Assembly: GCF_003704095.1 (NCBI RefSeq)
Contig: NW_020846500.1
Location: forward strand, 248,001-312,000
DNA from: Pocillopora damicornis
Taxonomy: Eukaryota
Direction: 5' to 3'
DNA: 64,000 nucleotides
How positions within the stretch are numbered: the first letter of the stretch is position 1; each line of letters opens with the position of its first letter. The translations under genes and the position numbers were made by a program. The notes below the pieces were generated by a model. The model worked only from the letters and a program-made list of their open reading frames with translations. It was not told where the DNA came from and did not search any database. Shown here piece after piece: positions 27,601 through 39,700 of the stretch.

Positions 27601-30600
27601 TCTTGTTAGGGAGAGTAAACGTTACAAGTTCGCGATCGTTTATTCGACCGGCCACGTTCGATTCAGAGTTAGAGTAAACGGTGGGGGAAGGGAAGGGCGA
27701 GAAGATTTCTACTGCCCCACCTCCTCCCCTCTCCTTCCTTTTTAGTGTTGATTACCTCTTTCATCACCCTGCCTCCCGTTGGTGTAAAAATCAAAGAAGG
27801 CAGCTATAATTTTCATCAAGAAAATACTGAGCAACTCGCTCGCCAAAATTACGCTTGCTCAGCAGGCTACAGTTTGCATTGTATTAGGGTTTATGATAGA
27901 AAAGTGAACTTTCCGAAAATTGTCTACGGCAGTTCATCTAGTTTGATCAACTTATAGTCGACAGTTCGACATAAAATCTGGTACCATCATCATATCTCTT
28001 TTATCTTGAAACTCACCGGTTTGTGTTTTCACTTCTAGTTCGTCTTGAATGAGGACAGTCAGACGTTCAGGAATGAGGCTGAACTTACTAACAGTTTACG
28101 ACAAGAACTGCAGTTAGCCCAGGTAACAGATCCACATAATGCTCTCGTTAATAAGCTTCTAAAACCAAGTGACTCAATAATATACTACCTTCAAGATCCG
28201 TGGAACGACCATGGACAATACTTTTCTACCAAATTCGGTGAATGGTTTTTAAATTTTCGTCCAGTTTTGAGTTTGTATTGTTTATCCAGAGCAAAGGAAA
28301 GAAGTTGGATTGCACTGGTTAGTGTTCACACTGGCGTTCGGAAAGCTGTTGAAGACAAGAAATTGGTCATTCGGTATTGCCCGTGTTGTCGGCTGCTTAT
28401 GACACCGTGGATCATACGCTTTCGTTTCTACTAGTTCAGGATTATATCGAACGCTTTTTTACTGACTTATAATGTTATAGAGGGAATGGCACCGAGCGGG
28501 AAGGGAAGGTCAAGGGGTTTCCTGCAGTGGACGAGTATTGCATCCAGAGGGAGTAGCTTTGCTCTTAGTCTTTCTATGCTCATAAAACCGTGCAAATTAG
28601 CTCCGGAAGCTCTGCGAGTAAGTCTCTTATAGAGACTTTGCACTAAGATGATGATTACCTCCGTTTCCGTTTAGGAATCGATCAGGATATTAGCAACCGA
28701 AAATTCTCAGCTGAAAGCAATGTTATCCAGTATAGAGAACCACAGTAGCATGGAACCGTCACCAGGCGAGAGTAAGTTTACTTATAAATAAAGGGGGTAA
28801 TTTTCTAAAGAAACTGTGGTGCTGCGTCGGCGGGAGAGTATAACAGGGTAATTTCGTGTTATCAACTGAGTTGAAAACGTTAATTGGCCACCGTAAAGAG
28901 TTTAAAGGCTGACGTTTCGAGCGTTAGCCCTTCGTCAGAGATAAGTTTGCTTATAACTTGGTATTGCGTCAAAAGCAATACCAATAACAGGAATGGCAAC
29001 AAGATTGCCAGTGATGATGATGGTGTTAGTCGAGGAGTGAGTTACTTAGATTAGAAGAAGTTTTCAGTTCTTCAAGTCCTGGCAAATCGCACGGATTATT
29101 AGCCTGTAACGCTCAGAAGATATCAACATGTAATTTCTCCTTACTGTATCAGTTTATCATCCACCAAGCAGGTGGTAAGAATAGACAAACTTATCAGTGT
29201 AAGGGTGTTTTCTTGTATCGACGTTAAATTCTCCTTACTGATTTACCAGGAAATATGCAATACCCAGAAGGGAGAATTAGAAAAAAGATATTGGTAATTA
29301 ATGGAGTTACACTAATATATACTCAGGTTCAGATGACTCAGATGACCCAGCTGTGACTCACGCAGGTCACGTGTACAACGGAGATGCCGCCTTTAACATC
29401 AAGAAGCTTCCCCCTGAGGAGACCTCGATACAAGCCACGAAGAATACTTTGGAGGAGTCATCTCCATACATGAACGGAGACGTGAGCGAAGGAGAGAGCC
29501 CTCTGGACACGGACTCCAGTGAGGATATGAATATGGCACCTCACAACAGCTCCCCGCCCCCTCCCCCACCATCCAAATACACCAGCAGAGAAGACATGGT
29601 GAGGATAAGGTGTAGTTTAAAGTGGACGAGTGAATGGGGAAGTAATATGCAAGCGCCCACCCCCCGATTTGTTAATGAAATATTGAGTAGAGAGTAACGG
29701 GGTTAGTTCAGCAAACTCTCCTGTGATTCTCTCCCCACCCCTCTCCTCTCCTCTCTTTCCCCTCTCCTCTCCCCTCCTCCTCTATAATCTATTTGTGAAA
29801 CCACTCAATTGACGTGGCTGTGAATTTGTCTTAATTACATCTTGCCCCTATTACAGCACCTAGGCAATAGTATTAGAGGGTCAATACCTTAGGTTGTGAC
29901 AGAGGAGGGCAGCATTCTCACCAATTCCCACCATGGCAACCAAGCTACTGCCTGGCAACATAAAACTGCTGTGTGGAATAAATACTCAGCCAAAAAGAGG
30001 GAGGGAAGGAAACAAAGCAAATAAGCAAATTGTGCGAAATCATATGGCATTGCCTCTGTAGACCTCCCAGCAAGCCCTTCCTCCTTCCCCCCCCCCCCCA
30101 TTCCTTCCAACCTCCAACCTCGCATTGGTGAGACCGCTGTATTGACTCGGTTTTCACCTCTTTTAGGTTGATTCATTGTCTGCGTCCATCCGACAACTTG
30201 AGATGGAGCGAGACCAGCTGGCTGATATTTTACATCGAACGCAAGATCAGCAGGAAGACGACATCATGAGATTACAAAAACACTTGGAACTACAGCTCAA
30301 ACAGCAGCTCCAACAACAATATAGACAGGTACGTGAGGTTTTACCCACGAGCTTTCTTCCTTTCGTAGCGTATTTCTTTGCGCGAGTCGGTGGAAATCAG
30401 TGAACAAAGATATTCCGGTGTCGCGTGTTGCTCACAGAGTCTGCGCCGACAGACTCTACGCCATCTGTGTTGGGTAATTGTTGGGAGATTTTGATAAGAA
30501 GTTGTACGTTAGTTACGTCTGGAGAGTAACTGGTTAAGCTAAAACTTCCGTTTCTATTTCCTTCATTTTGAATTGTTATCTGAATGCCTAGGTTTTATGA

Positions 30601-33562
30601 AGGGATTTTCCAACAAAATTCTTACCACGCATAATCTTAGAATCTCAAACGCTCCTTTTCTCGAAGGCGTTCTTGACCTACTAACCCAAACTGATGTGAC
30701 CCAAGAAAAAGCCGCTTGAAATAGTATATCTAGAATGCCGTAATTATGTAGTTTAGTCATCATGCGTGACCGATATTGATCATCCCATAGCGTGACAATC
30801 ACCTTATTTCTTGCAAGGTTTAGCGTGGCATTTCGGTACCTAGAGTGAACCAGCATGACGTAAAATTAAGTCTAAAATTATTTCTAAGTGCACACTGGAA
30901 AATTAATTTTTTGCTTGTTGTGTGACGAATCTTCTCATGTGACAGGTGCAAGAGCAGTTTCAGCAACAACTTCATGAGCAGCAGCAGAAGATTCAACTGC
31001 TGCAGGCTGTAGTTGAAAAACAGAAGGATCAGATCGAGAGGAAGGAAGAGCCAGAGCTACCCAACGTTCCACTCGATCAGCTCAGTGATAAAGATATGTC
31101 ACACGAAGCAATTAAGATGGCTTTCAGCAAATTGCAGGTAATGTGCCGATAAAATTATAAAGCTGATCGATACTCAAAGTGGAAAGACAAAAGAATTAAA
31201 AACGATTTAAACCTAGACGATGAATGAAGATGTTTTATCAGAAGTCATGGGAACTCAGACTTTTCCGTTGTTGAAAATTAGCAGATCCCAATTGTTACTT
31301 TTTCTTTATTACTGTTCCTGTTGCTTGTAAGACAACAACGAAATTTATTTTGTTTAAAGCATCCGCCACCTCGGAAGGAAACTGCGCTAAGAAGTTTCTA
31401 TCGCTTGATGACAACAGCCCAATTTTTCTGCTGTACTGTCGACTTTTTCATCATCCTCCCGAAGACTTTAAAGAGAAAAAAAAAAACAAAAATTAATCCT
31501 CCCTACTGCGGCATTTTCCTCCAATTTTAGTGAATATCCCTTTGTTTATTGTCCATGTCGTTGGTGACTATTTATTCCAGGCGCGGTTCATGAAATTAAT
31601 GAATGAAAAAGCGTCCCTCATAGAGAGAATTCAGGAACTTGAACATGTCACCATACAACTGTCCCACGAAACAGAGACTATCGGTGAGTACCTCCTATGA
31701 GTTCATTGAGAGAAGGGCCGGATGAAGAAGCTCTTGTGAATTTACTTTCTCTGGTGACGTTGGAGTGTTTTGATTATGATTATTGTTATTTGGTTTTGTG
31801 ATACAACGGCAGACAGGGTGGTGAGGATGGAAGTTGCGCTTTTGTGTTGAAGCCCGAGTACTTGTAAGATTTCTATTTTACAGTGACAAGGCTGTGTACA
31901 ATCTCAGGGGAATGCAATTGCTCAGCAAAATTCGTCCCAACCCATTGCCCATAATACTGCCCGTAGCTCTTAATTTTTCTCACCACGATGCAAAATACCA
32001 CAAACTTAGCCGGTGAATGTGAAGAGCTAGCGCCCACTCCACCCTTTCTGTTCTATCGCGGTTTGCTTGTGCTTACTGTGGAACAATTTTAGTAAAGATG
32101 CAGCACTTTTTGCGCCAATTAAATGCAGAGCTTAAACGAGTCGAGAAAACGTCAACGTCTTAGGTCGTCATGTTTACGTGCAGTTTTCCCACTGACTCAG
32201 TGGAGTATAAACCTTGATGTTGTGATGACTTTAATTTTGACTTTACATTCCAAACTTCAACTAATACCTGACATGTTTCTTGGCTTTAATGTATGTAGGG
32301 GAGTACATCACTCTTTATCAAACCCAGAGGAATGCTCTGAAGTCTTACTACAAAGATCGAGAGAAAATCATTGCTCAGTTGTCAAGCGAAAAGGCCAACA
32401 TGCAGGTCTGTGGCATATAAATAATGTTTCTAAGTTCTGAACTCGTACTGATATCATTTCATAGGCAGGCTCTTTTATTTTCATCAGCTGAATGGTTGAA
32501 ACTACAGTATTGTGAAAACAGCTGAGAAATAGTTTATTCATCTATCCCGCTGACTCTAAATATAAGATGCGTCCTTTTACTGGAGGCATGTTCTCTGCTT
32601 AGACATAGAAATCTTAAAATAAAAAGAAGCAGGGAAAATAAAACTTTTGCCTTAAGAGGTTGAATTTATTTCCTCTCGCCGACAGAACGGGAAATTCATC
32701 CAACTTGTCAAGAGCTTTCGGGTGACGTCAGGGTGAACCTTATACCATCCTAAAGACATCTTTCCACATTTTCCACAATTTTGATCTTATAAAAAATGTC
32801 AATCATTTGCGAGTTGGACGAAGAGAAATCCTGCGCCTCCTGTGAGGGTCCAGGATGTAAATTTTTTATAGAGTGTGCAGATTTTCTTTGTCCTACATCC
32901 TTGAGAACTGTTATCAAAACATTCTTCTTCAGTCAACGGATGAGCTTCAGAGTGTACGATCTTTCTTGCTCTAATTCCAATCTTGTCACTGCCTGCCCCC
33001 CCCCCCTCCGGCCCCTTAGCACGGGTGACTTGAAGTTCTTAACAGTGCCTGCAAATTTCAGGGAAACTCTCCCTCAAACATTTTTCATCTGCTATCTCTT
33101 GTTGGATTTCAGGATAAGATGAACCAACTGCAAGAATTGGTCAAACGTATGCTGGAGGAAAGAAAAGAACTCAGAATTCAGCAACATCAGTTACAAAACG
33201 TTATAAACAGTCGGATGGTGGCGCACGAACATGAAGCTGTCATTTCTGGTACTCAACATGACGACGACGTTGTAGTACCGCGAGCGGAATTAAGCTTAGA
33301 AAGCGAAACGAACAGTCAAAGCTGGGACGACACTGATGTGTCGAAAAGTTCAAGCGTGGATGAGACAGAAAACGAACTTAATCTACTTCAAAATGAGGTG
33401 GAGTTAGATCAAAATGATGGAACTGCTCGTCAAATTCTACAGATTTTAGAACAGTTAGGACCTACAGAAGACGGTGCTCATAAAGGCGGGATGTCTCCTG
33501 ACCTACAGAGTAGAGAATTCTTACCGTGTCGATCTTGCGGAGGACGCGTCCTTAGATTATAG
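8197..33562 (+). CDS. GOLGA2: Golgin subfamily A member 2 (GM130), 36 coding exons, ~1180 aa
   Basis: Hand-spliced GT-AG exons with consistent phases: 8197-8244, 8334-8471, 10862-10899, 11595-11631, 11812-11885, 12520-12553, 12697-12729, 13375-13428, 14291-14371, 14638-14676, 15246-15308, 15839-15932, 17244-17350, 17920-17978, 18495-18555, 20069-20149, 20839-20928, 21164-21271, 22754-22841, 23020-23135, 23755-23780, 24237-24362, 24804-24870, 25392-25505, 25867-25941, 26019-26093, 27030-27104, 27423-27497, 28039-28122, 28675-28771, 29327-29598, 30167-30328, 30946-31137, 31581-31683, 32299-32405, 33113-33562 (3543 nt). GM130 hallmark motifs: N-terminal [123 protein letters not shown]. Confidence 0.93.
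9388..9617 (+). mobile_element. Hammerhead-bearing Penelope-derived short element, copy A (palindromic, 14-bp TSD)
   Basis: ~46-bp inverted arms 9388-9433/9510-9555, degenerate HHR CTCTGACGAAGGGTTAACACTTGAAACATCAGC at ~9465-9497, family tail ACGCAGCACCACAGTTTCTTTAGAAACTTACCCC. Flanked by TAAAGTAATCTTAG (9374-9387) and TAAAGTAATCCTAG (9618-9631). Confidence 0.8.
9701..10147. mobile_element. Tc1/mariner-pogo-like MITE
   Basis: TA-CCGTATTTATTC..AATAAATATGG-TA termini with internal GGCATTTATT subterminal repeats. Confidence 0.65.
10394..10498. mobile_element. Same family, copy B (degenerate, back-to-back HHR remnants)
   Basis: GTAAATTGGCCACTGTAAAGAGTTT..AGCCCTTCGTCAG followed by CTCTGACAAGGG..ATCAGCTTTAGAAA. 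Confidence 0.6.
16422..16623. mobile_element. piggyBac-like MITE, same family
   Basis: TTAACCCTTTCACTTCCAAGATCTC..CATGGGAGTTAAGGGT. Confidence 0.65.
17474..17571. repeat. 51-bp tandem duplication
   Basis: AGTTCATTGTATGACCTAAACAGTCCTGATGCACTTTTATTGAAGGA twice. Confidence 0.9.
19241..19394. repeat. 12-bp minisatellite (ATTTCCTCCACA)~12.8 in GOLGA2 intron
   Basis: Directly visible; two units have G at the last position. Confidence 0.95.
25094..25290. mobile_element. piggyBac-like MITE, same family
   Basis: TTAACCCTTTAACTCCCATGAGTGACCAAGA..TCTTGGGAGGTAAAGGGTT. Confidence 0.7.
27583..27869. mobile_element. TAGCCT..AGGCTA-terminated MITE
   Basis: Short inverted termini TAGCCTATTGTTCAGGCGT / ACGCTTGCTCAGCAGGCTA. 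Confidence 0.45.
28788..28941 (-). mobile_element. Same family, copy C (single arm, 15-bp TSD)
   Basis: GGGGTAATTTTCTAAAGAAACTGTGGTGCTGCGTCGG..CCCTTCGTCAGAG flanked by TAAGTTTACTTATAA (28773-28787) and TAAGTTTGCTTATAA (28942-28956). Confidence 0.85.
28908..28940 (-). ncRNA. Minimal type I hammerhead ribozyme motif (Penelope-type), intact core, antisense in GOLGA2 intron
   Basis: Reverse complement reads CU CUGACGA A GGGC-UAAC-GCUC GAAAC GUC AGC. Confidence 0.78.
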
Positions 33563-33673
33563 TCTTAAAACAGAAATATTTTTAGCTCACATCATAAATA
33601 ATGGCTACAACAAGTAGGAACTGAGGTCGTGAGTAGACTGCGGAATATGTCAGGCCAACATAGGTAGGATATA

Positions 33674-33955
33674 CAGGGTTTGCACGGATCATGAACGTCT
33701 GGAAGGTCGTGGAATTTCTTAGAATCATGTTCCAAACCTGGAAATTCTTGAAATTTGAGTGTGGGTCATGAAAAGTTAACGAAAATGACTAAAAAAGGAA
33801 TTTTTGCGATTGTTAAGGAAAAATGCATTCTTTACATGAACGTCTTCGCGATGTTCTGGAGCCAACTTCTCGATCGTAGGACATGGAAAAGGTTCGGGAA
33901 ACAGTCCCTGGGAAAGTCATGAAATTTTATGATTCCTTAAGAATACGAGCCACGA
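33674..33955. mobile_element. hAT-like MITE remnant in GOLGA2 3' UTR (relative at ~43505-43775)
   Basis: CAGGGTTTGCAC start, internal GGAAAGTCATGGAA-like repeats, GAATACGAGCCACG end. Confidence 0.4.
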
Positions 33956-35107
33956 TAAAGTGAACCTGAGTAGAGGGTAGAAAACTAAGAACGGTTTCAA
34001 AGCTGTAATCTCTGGCTTATGAGATCTAATAACAGCCTCCGCAGATCACAATTAGTCATTATCGCATTTACCATCCGCGGCACAGTGCATCGTATTCAGA
34101 ACACTATTTTCTTAAATCTGATATGCACGATCTTCACAGGAAATATCGATATTGGACAAATTTTCTATTCATTGATGAATTCCACCTTTGTCTTAACACA
34201 GCCGCAAGTTCTTTCACCTAATTTTGACTTTTCGAGAGCTGCAACAGGGTATTGTCGTAAATATGACTTGTCGAACATAATCGAGAAGCACTCTCTTATC
34301 CGATAAACCACTTAAAATTGTACAAGAATGCAAAGTTGAAAAATTCCATATAAATTCAACCAGATTTAGCAGTAGAAGTAAAATTTATTTATTGGGGAAT
34401 TCGTTTGATCATTAAAGCTCGCGTTTTACGTATAAGTAAATTCGTCAATACCGTTCATAAGCATGGGGTCCACGACGACGAGTCGGCGGTGAATAGCAGT
34501 AGAATCTTAAGATCATCGGCTCAAATTTCTTAGATAATTGAGATAATTGAATATATTCATATTTATTCCATACTTTGAACCTTGCTGTCAGTCCTGGTTG
34601 AAAAGGCGCCAGACAATGCCAGAGTGATCGCAAGAAATCAAGGCTAATTTCTTGTTTGTTTCTACTCAAAACAATACCTCAGTAAGCACTAGACAGAAAT
34701 TGCATGCAGTACGAACTGTGCATGTTTTATACACTGGTAAACGCGTTATCTGGATCGCGAATTTTGGGTGAGGTATTCGACAGAAGCTGGACAAGACACG
34801 CAAGAATTATGAATTTATTTTTTGAGTTAGCATTCATCCAAAACATTTGAGCCTGTTTGAGGAGCATGGAGTAACGATATGCAGTGTTTGTTCTCAGTTA
34901 ACAGTGTTCCCTTGATGACCAGATCTTTCTTTCCTAAATAGATTATCAAGGTACGAATTTTTTTATACTGTAAAAGAAAGCAGGTCACTCGGGGGCATGT
35001 TCACTGTATTCCATTGGAAAACAATACGTATCTCTAAGATGTTCTTAAATCATGAATCAATTTAGCCTGGTGGTTAAAAAATTAAATTATAATTTTATGG
35101 AGAACCA

Positions 35108-35113
35108 AATAAA
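35108..35113 (+). terminator. Probable GOLGA2 poly(A) signal
   Basis: AATAAA followed by a GT/T-rich tract, ~1.5 kb after the stop and before the SUCO upstream region. Confidence 0.5.
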
Positions 35114-35359
35114 GTAGTTTTAAACTTGTTCCATTTGTTCTGTTTTGAAGTGCTTTTTGGTTGTTTCACTTCCTTTTTTACGCATTTAGTTTACAATTAT
35201 CGAAAACTCGTTCACAATTATATAAAAATACACAGTTTTCCGTATAGATCTACGATAGAAATTAATTCTTGGTTAGCGATCTAATTTTATTCTTAAGCGC
35301 TCCCATAAATGACTTATCTCCTTCACAGCAGTTGTTTAGTTTCGTCTCGCTACGCTCTC

Positions 35360-35610
35360 TCTTCCCCACCAATACGCACCGATTGAAGCAGCCATTGGTG
35401 AGAGAGAGCGTGCGTTGCGTAACGACGTCAAACAACGGCTTGCCAAGGTAGAAGACGGGCTCTAAAAGACCTCACGCTAAGGGAGATGTCAAGGCATTTT
35501 GTGTGTGCTTGCGTACTTTGAATCAATTCAATGAACGAAGGAACGTTTGTTAGATCTTGATCACTTTCAAAAGGCGCCATATTCACCAATTAGCTCGAGA
35601 AAAGGTAAAA
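35360..35610 (+). promoter_or_regulatory. Probable SUCO promoter / non-coding first exon
   Basis: CpG-rich patch with CCAAT/ATTGG boxes, GACGTCA CRE-like site, and donor AAG|GTAAAA near 35604. Confidence 0.35.
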
Positions 35611-36742
35611 ATTGCGAATGGAAAAACAAGTTACTACTTTTAACTTTGTTTTCATTATCATTCATTACGAATGTGATTGGATTCTAGAGCCTCTCCGTGT
35701 ATATAGTAAGGGTGTCTCGAAAACTAAGACCCTTGAACCCAAGGCCTCGTGAACTGAGGCCTCGGAAACTTATCGATGAGCTGTCTTTGACTCTGACGCT
35801 TAAAACCAACTGATCCTAACAAGGAGAGCTGACCTCAAGTACATTCCAGTTCACTAATACGCTAGGTTTTCAAGGAATTAGTTTTTGTGGTCTTAGGTCT
35901 TGGTTCTCGAGACACTCAGATAAGGCGGAGCATCGAAACAAAACAACAGTTGAAATGCATTGCTTTATATTTCCTGCACTTCTTCAAACTTTTTAAATTC
36001 TTTTTCGTTTCCCCCGATACCAAGCCTTTTTCAATCATACGTTCATTTTTTATTCTAGGTCTTTATTTCATAATTATAATTTTTTTTCTCGTTCAGTTTT
36101 ACCTTGTCGAGGCATTTACTCCATCACTTCACAGTCACCTGTCGATGTCCTGATCTGTTTGATCAATTTTGCTTCTCCTACTTTTTTCCCTATAAGTATC
36201 AAGTTTTATTTTTTATGATTTGCGTTCTTCAGATTCAGTTCCTCGATTTCTGAGATCAACGTAATGTAATCTTCCTGTTCCCTTCTTGCTTATTCCTCAT
36301 AACCGCATTATGAAACTTCATTCGCCGCATTTTGTTAACCAAACGTGCTTCGTATCACAGAAAACTCTTTGAATAATGAAGTTTAACTTGATAAAGTAGA
36401 GAGGTCCAAAATAAATGCAGGAATCATAATCTATTCTTTCCTCATTCACCAACAGGAATTTTCAGGTTTTCCGTCTGTTTGTTTGGCTACGGTTATTTGC
36501 ATGTCTGTGTGCCTTTTGTTTGTCATGGTTCAGCGGTTTCTGCGTGACACTTGATGTTAACCAGTCTGACCGGTCCACAACAACACGTCACCATCATGGA
36601 GCCTGCTTCTGTCGCAAGACCCAGATTTTGTAGTAGGATGACTAATCACATTGCCCGCATCCTTTCCTTCTACAATTATTTTTCAATATTTTGCAAAATT
36701 TCAGGGATGTGTTGACAAAGGCTATCGCGCTTCCGTTTTGCT

Positions 36743-39700
36743 ATGAATTGTTTTCCAGATTTATTTATTTCGCTTTTATTCCTCAGTCTTATCAGGCGGT
36801 GAGTAGTCTTGTAGCTTGTGTAAATTACACGTTGTTTGAGAAAGAGGACTTTGACTCGACCGTTGCCTCTGATTTATTTCGCAGACTTCAAGCCCCGAGT
36901 GGGAGCGAGAGAGCGTCAAGTATTCCTGTACAACTAAAACTGGAATTATCACTTTCATCCAAATTGGAACTTTCCAAAATAGTAAGTATTTGTGTGTTGC
37001 TTGGAGCGACTGTGAAACAATGTCGCTCTAATTAAGGCCCACATTTGACTGTTAACCTCTAGCTTGTGATATATTAGGGCGTTGAATTGATCGATTTACA
37101 AGATTTAAAAGTACTATAGAACATTCTTTGCGTGTGACTTTCAAAAAGAGAAGGATAATCTTTCTCCTAGAAAAGTTAGCAAGCCAGTTACACATTTTAG
37201 TTTTGTCTCCGTGACAGGTGATAGTAGTACGTTTGTGTTTTGATTTAGTTCCTGTTTGATGGATCGTTGAATGTTCTGAGTTTCGTTTTATTTCAATGAC
37301 TCCTAAATTAATGTACGAGGAAAGAAAATTTTTGCGAGGTTTGGGTAGTCGTTAGTAAAGTACGTCTTCCTTACGATGTGAGTTCTCAAAACTCGACACA
37401 CAAGCTATTTACATATATCTTCTCTTCATTTGTTTTCATTCATTATTCCCAAAACTTTCGGAAGATCTTAAAGCAGAGAAAACTATACTCTTATGACCTG
37501 CTACTCAACCGAATTCTAAATAATTTTTATATTTCCTTCTATAATCATATTTGCCGTAGTATGATATTGCATTTTAGGTTTTATAACGTATATAATGTTT
37601 TTAAGTTTTAATTTCGCAAGACCATTTTGAAAGATCACCACATGTGAAGAGTCACCTAAGTAACTTATGTGTAAGAAAGCTATGAGGTCTTGATACACCT
37701 GCCTCAAATGTAATATTCTTAAATTGCAAATTTTTGGATCAGCTCTCATGTTAAAATTGTTGGTAGAGAGCAAATGGTCAAAAATGACATACAAAATACA
37801 TGTAGGAACATGGGGTAAAATAGACAATCTTTGTGCGAGAATCCTACTTTAAAAAATACTTTCTAGAGGCCTGCTTAGAGAGTAGACATCTAGAAATTGT
37901 CTGTGGGTGCTCTGCTGGAATATTTCTGGCTTCTTCATTTACGGAAACAAAATGTTGCCTAGAATATACATGTACACATATCTTGCATGTCTCCTTTTGC
38001 TGCTGTTGTTTAACCTTATCACATGAGATATTTTCACTTCAAGACCAAACAATGACCGTAGAGGAGACTAGTACAGCATTAGAATGACTTAACAACTTGA
38101 CAACCAAGACCACAATTTTTTCAGCATCATCCACCCACTTAAAACTTTAAGAGAACCTTGCTCCAGCTTAATTAAACACAGCTGACAGTTGAGATGAATG
38201 GACAACTGTATACGAAGTTTGTTGTAGCTCAAATTTTACCTTGGTTTAAAGTTTTTTACTGGAAACAAAGGAATCTTTAAGTCCCAAGAAATTAGTCTTT
38301 TATTTGATTTTTTATTTGCCTCAGATAATTCATCCACCTAGTCTGACTGGGCTGGATGGCTTAACTTGATAATCTTTAACCTGAATCTCCATAGAATGAA
38401 TGAAAAAAGTTTAAAGAATCTTTCTAACTCAAAACTTTCATTAGTACTCGTCCTTGTTGGCATAGTCATAGAACATTCTTGAAAAACTCAAATAATTTTT
38501 GCTGTCTCGAAATTTAATACTCAAAGACATCTCCCTCCCTTCTGTTTTCACTCTCTCTATGCTGAATTCTTAAACACTCAATATGGCTCAAGTTTTTAGC
38601 ATAAGTATTATGAAATCAAGAATGGGGAGAATTTTTTGAGGATGTCACAGTCTACGCACATGTTCATGGATATTTATCTCAAGTTTAATTCATACAAAAA
38701 AGGAAGATTGGTCTCAAAAAATAGACTCAATGCATTTGGCAGTACATGTATATAAAATGAAGGACAAATCTAGAAAGGAGATACCAATATTTTGAAAAAA
38801 GTTTACTTTAAACTTGATATTGTCAAAATTTTTAATATCCTGTGGCTTTTCACCATATGCAAGTTTGTTTGTTTACCAACTAATGGAGTTTTTCCTAAGT
38901 GTTTGCTTATTTTGTCAAACCTGTTTTGTTATTCTCACCCACATGAACTAAACCTGATTTGAATAATTTACTCTAAATGGTTTTGACATGTGCTCACACC
39001 TGTTACCTGTTCAAGTGTCAATACTTTTAGCACTTGTTTGCCTGGAAAAAAGAGAATCCAAAATATTTTAACAAAAGGGTATGAATTTTGGCCTGATTAC
39101 CTGATATTTCTGACAAATTAATCGAAACAATTTGCACATTTTTGTGTCAGATTCTAGATTTTTACATTTCTAAGAGTCTTTTTGACCCTGAAGAAATTTA
39201 GTGTTAAAATACAGTTGGATAAAACTGAAAATTGCTTGATATGTATCTTCTTCTCATCAAGTGGCTCTTGATTCCTTAAAGCTTAATACATTATAGATAG
39301 ATCACTTTTTTACTTTTACTATTGCAACTAAAATTATACTTATGATACAAATGGCATGTTAACAGAGAAAGAAGCAGCAACAAAAATTTAAGGGCATCTC
39401 TTTAGGTATAGATGTACCTGTACTTTAGCAGTGGGCACTAAACTGCATCACCACAGTTGTGACTCGGTTCTTGACAATATTAGCTCTAAATTTTCAGATA
39501 AATATTGGAAGAAGTTCAAGATGTTATTTTTTTGTTACTATCTTCTGGGAGTAAAGAGGTACACCACATCATAGTTTTTCATTATGTTTATCTTCGATTA
39601 CCTTTCTTTCAGGATGATGTTAAACAGTCTGAATCATCCAAGGATACACCAGTTCTACTGCAACAATCATCATCAGCTTTGCCTTCTTCCTCGTTACACC

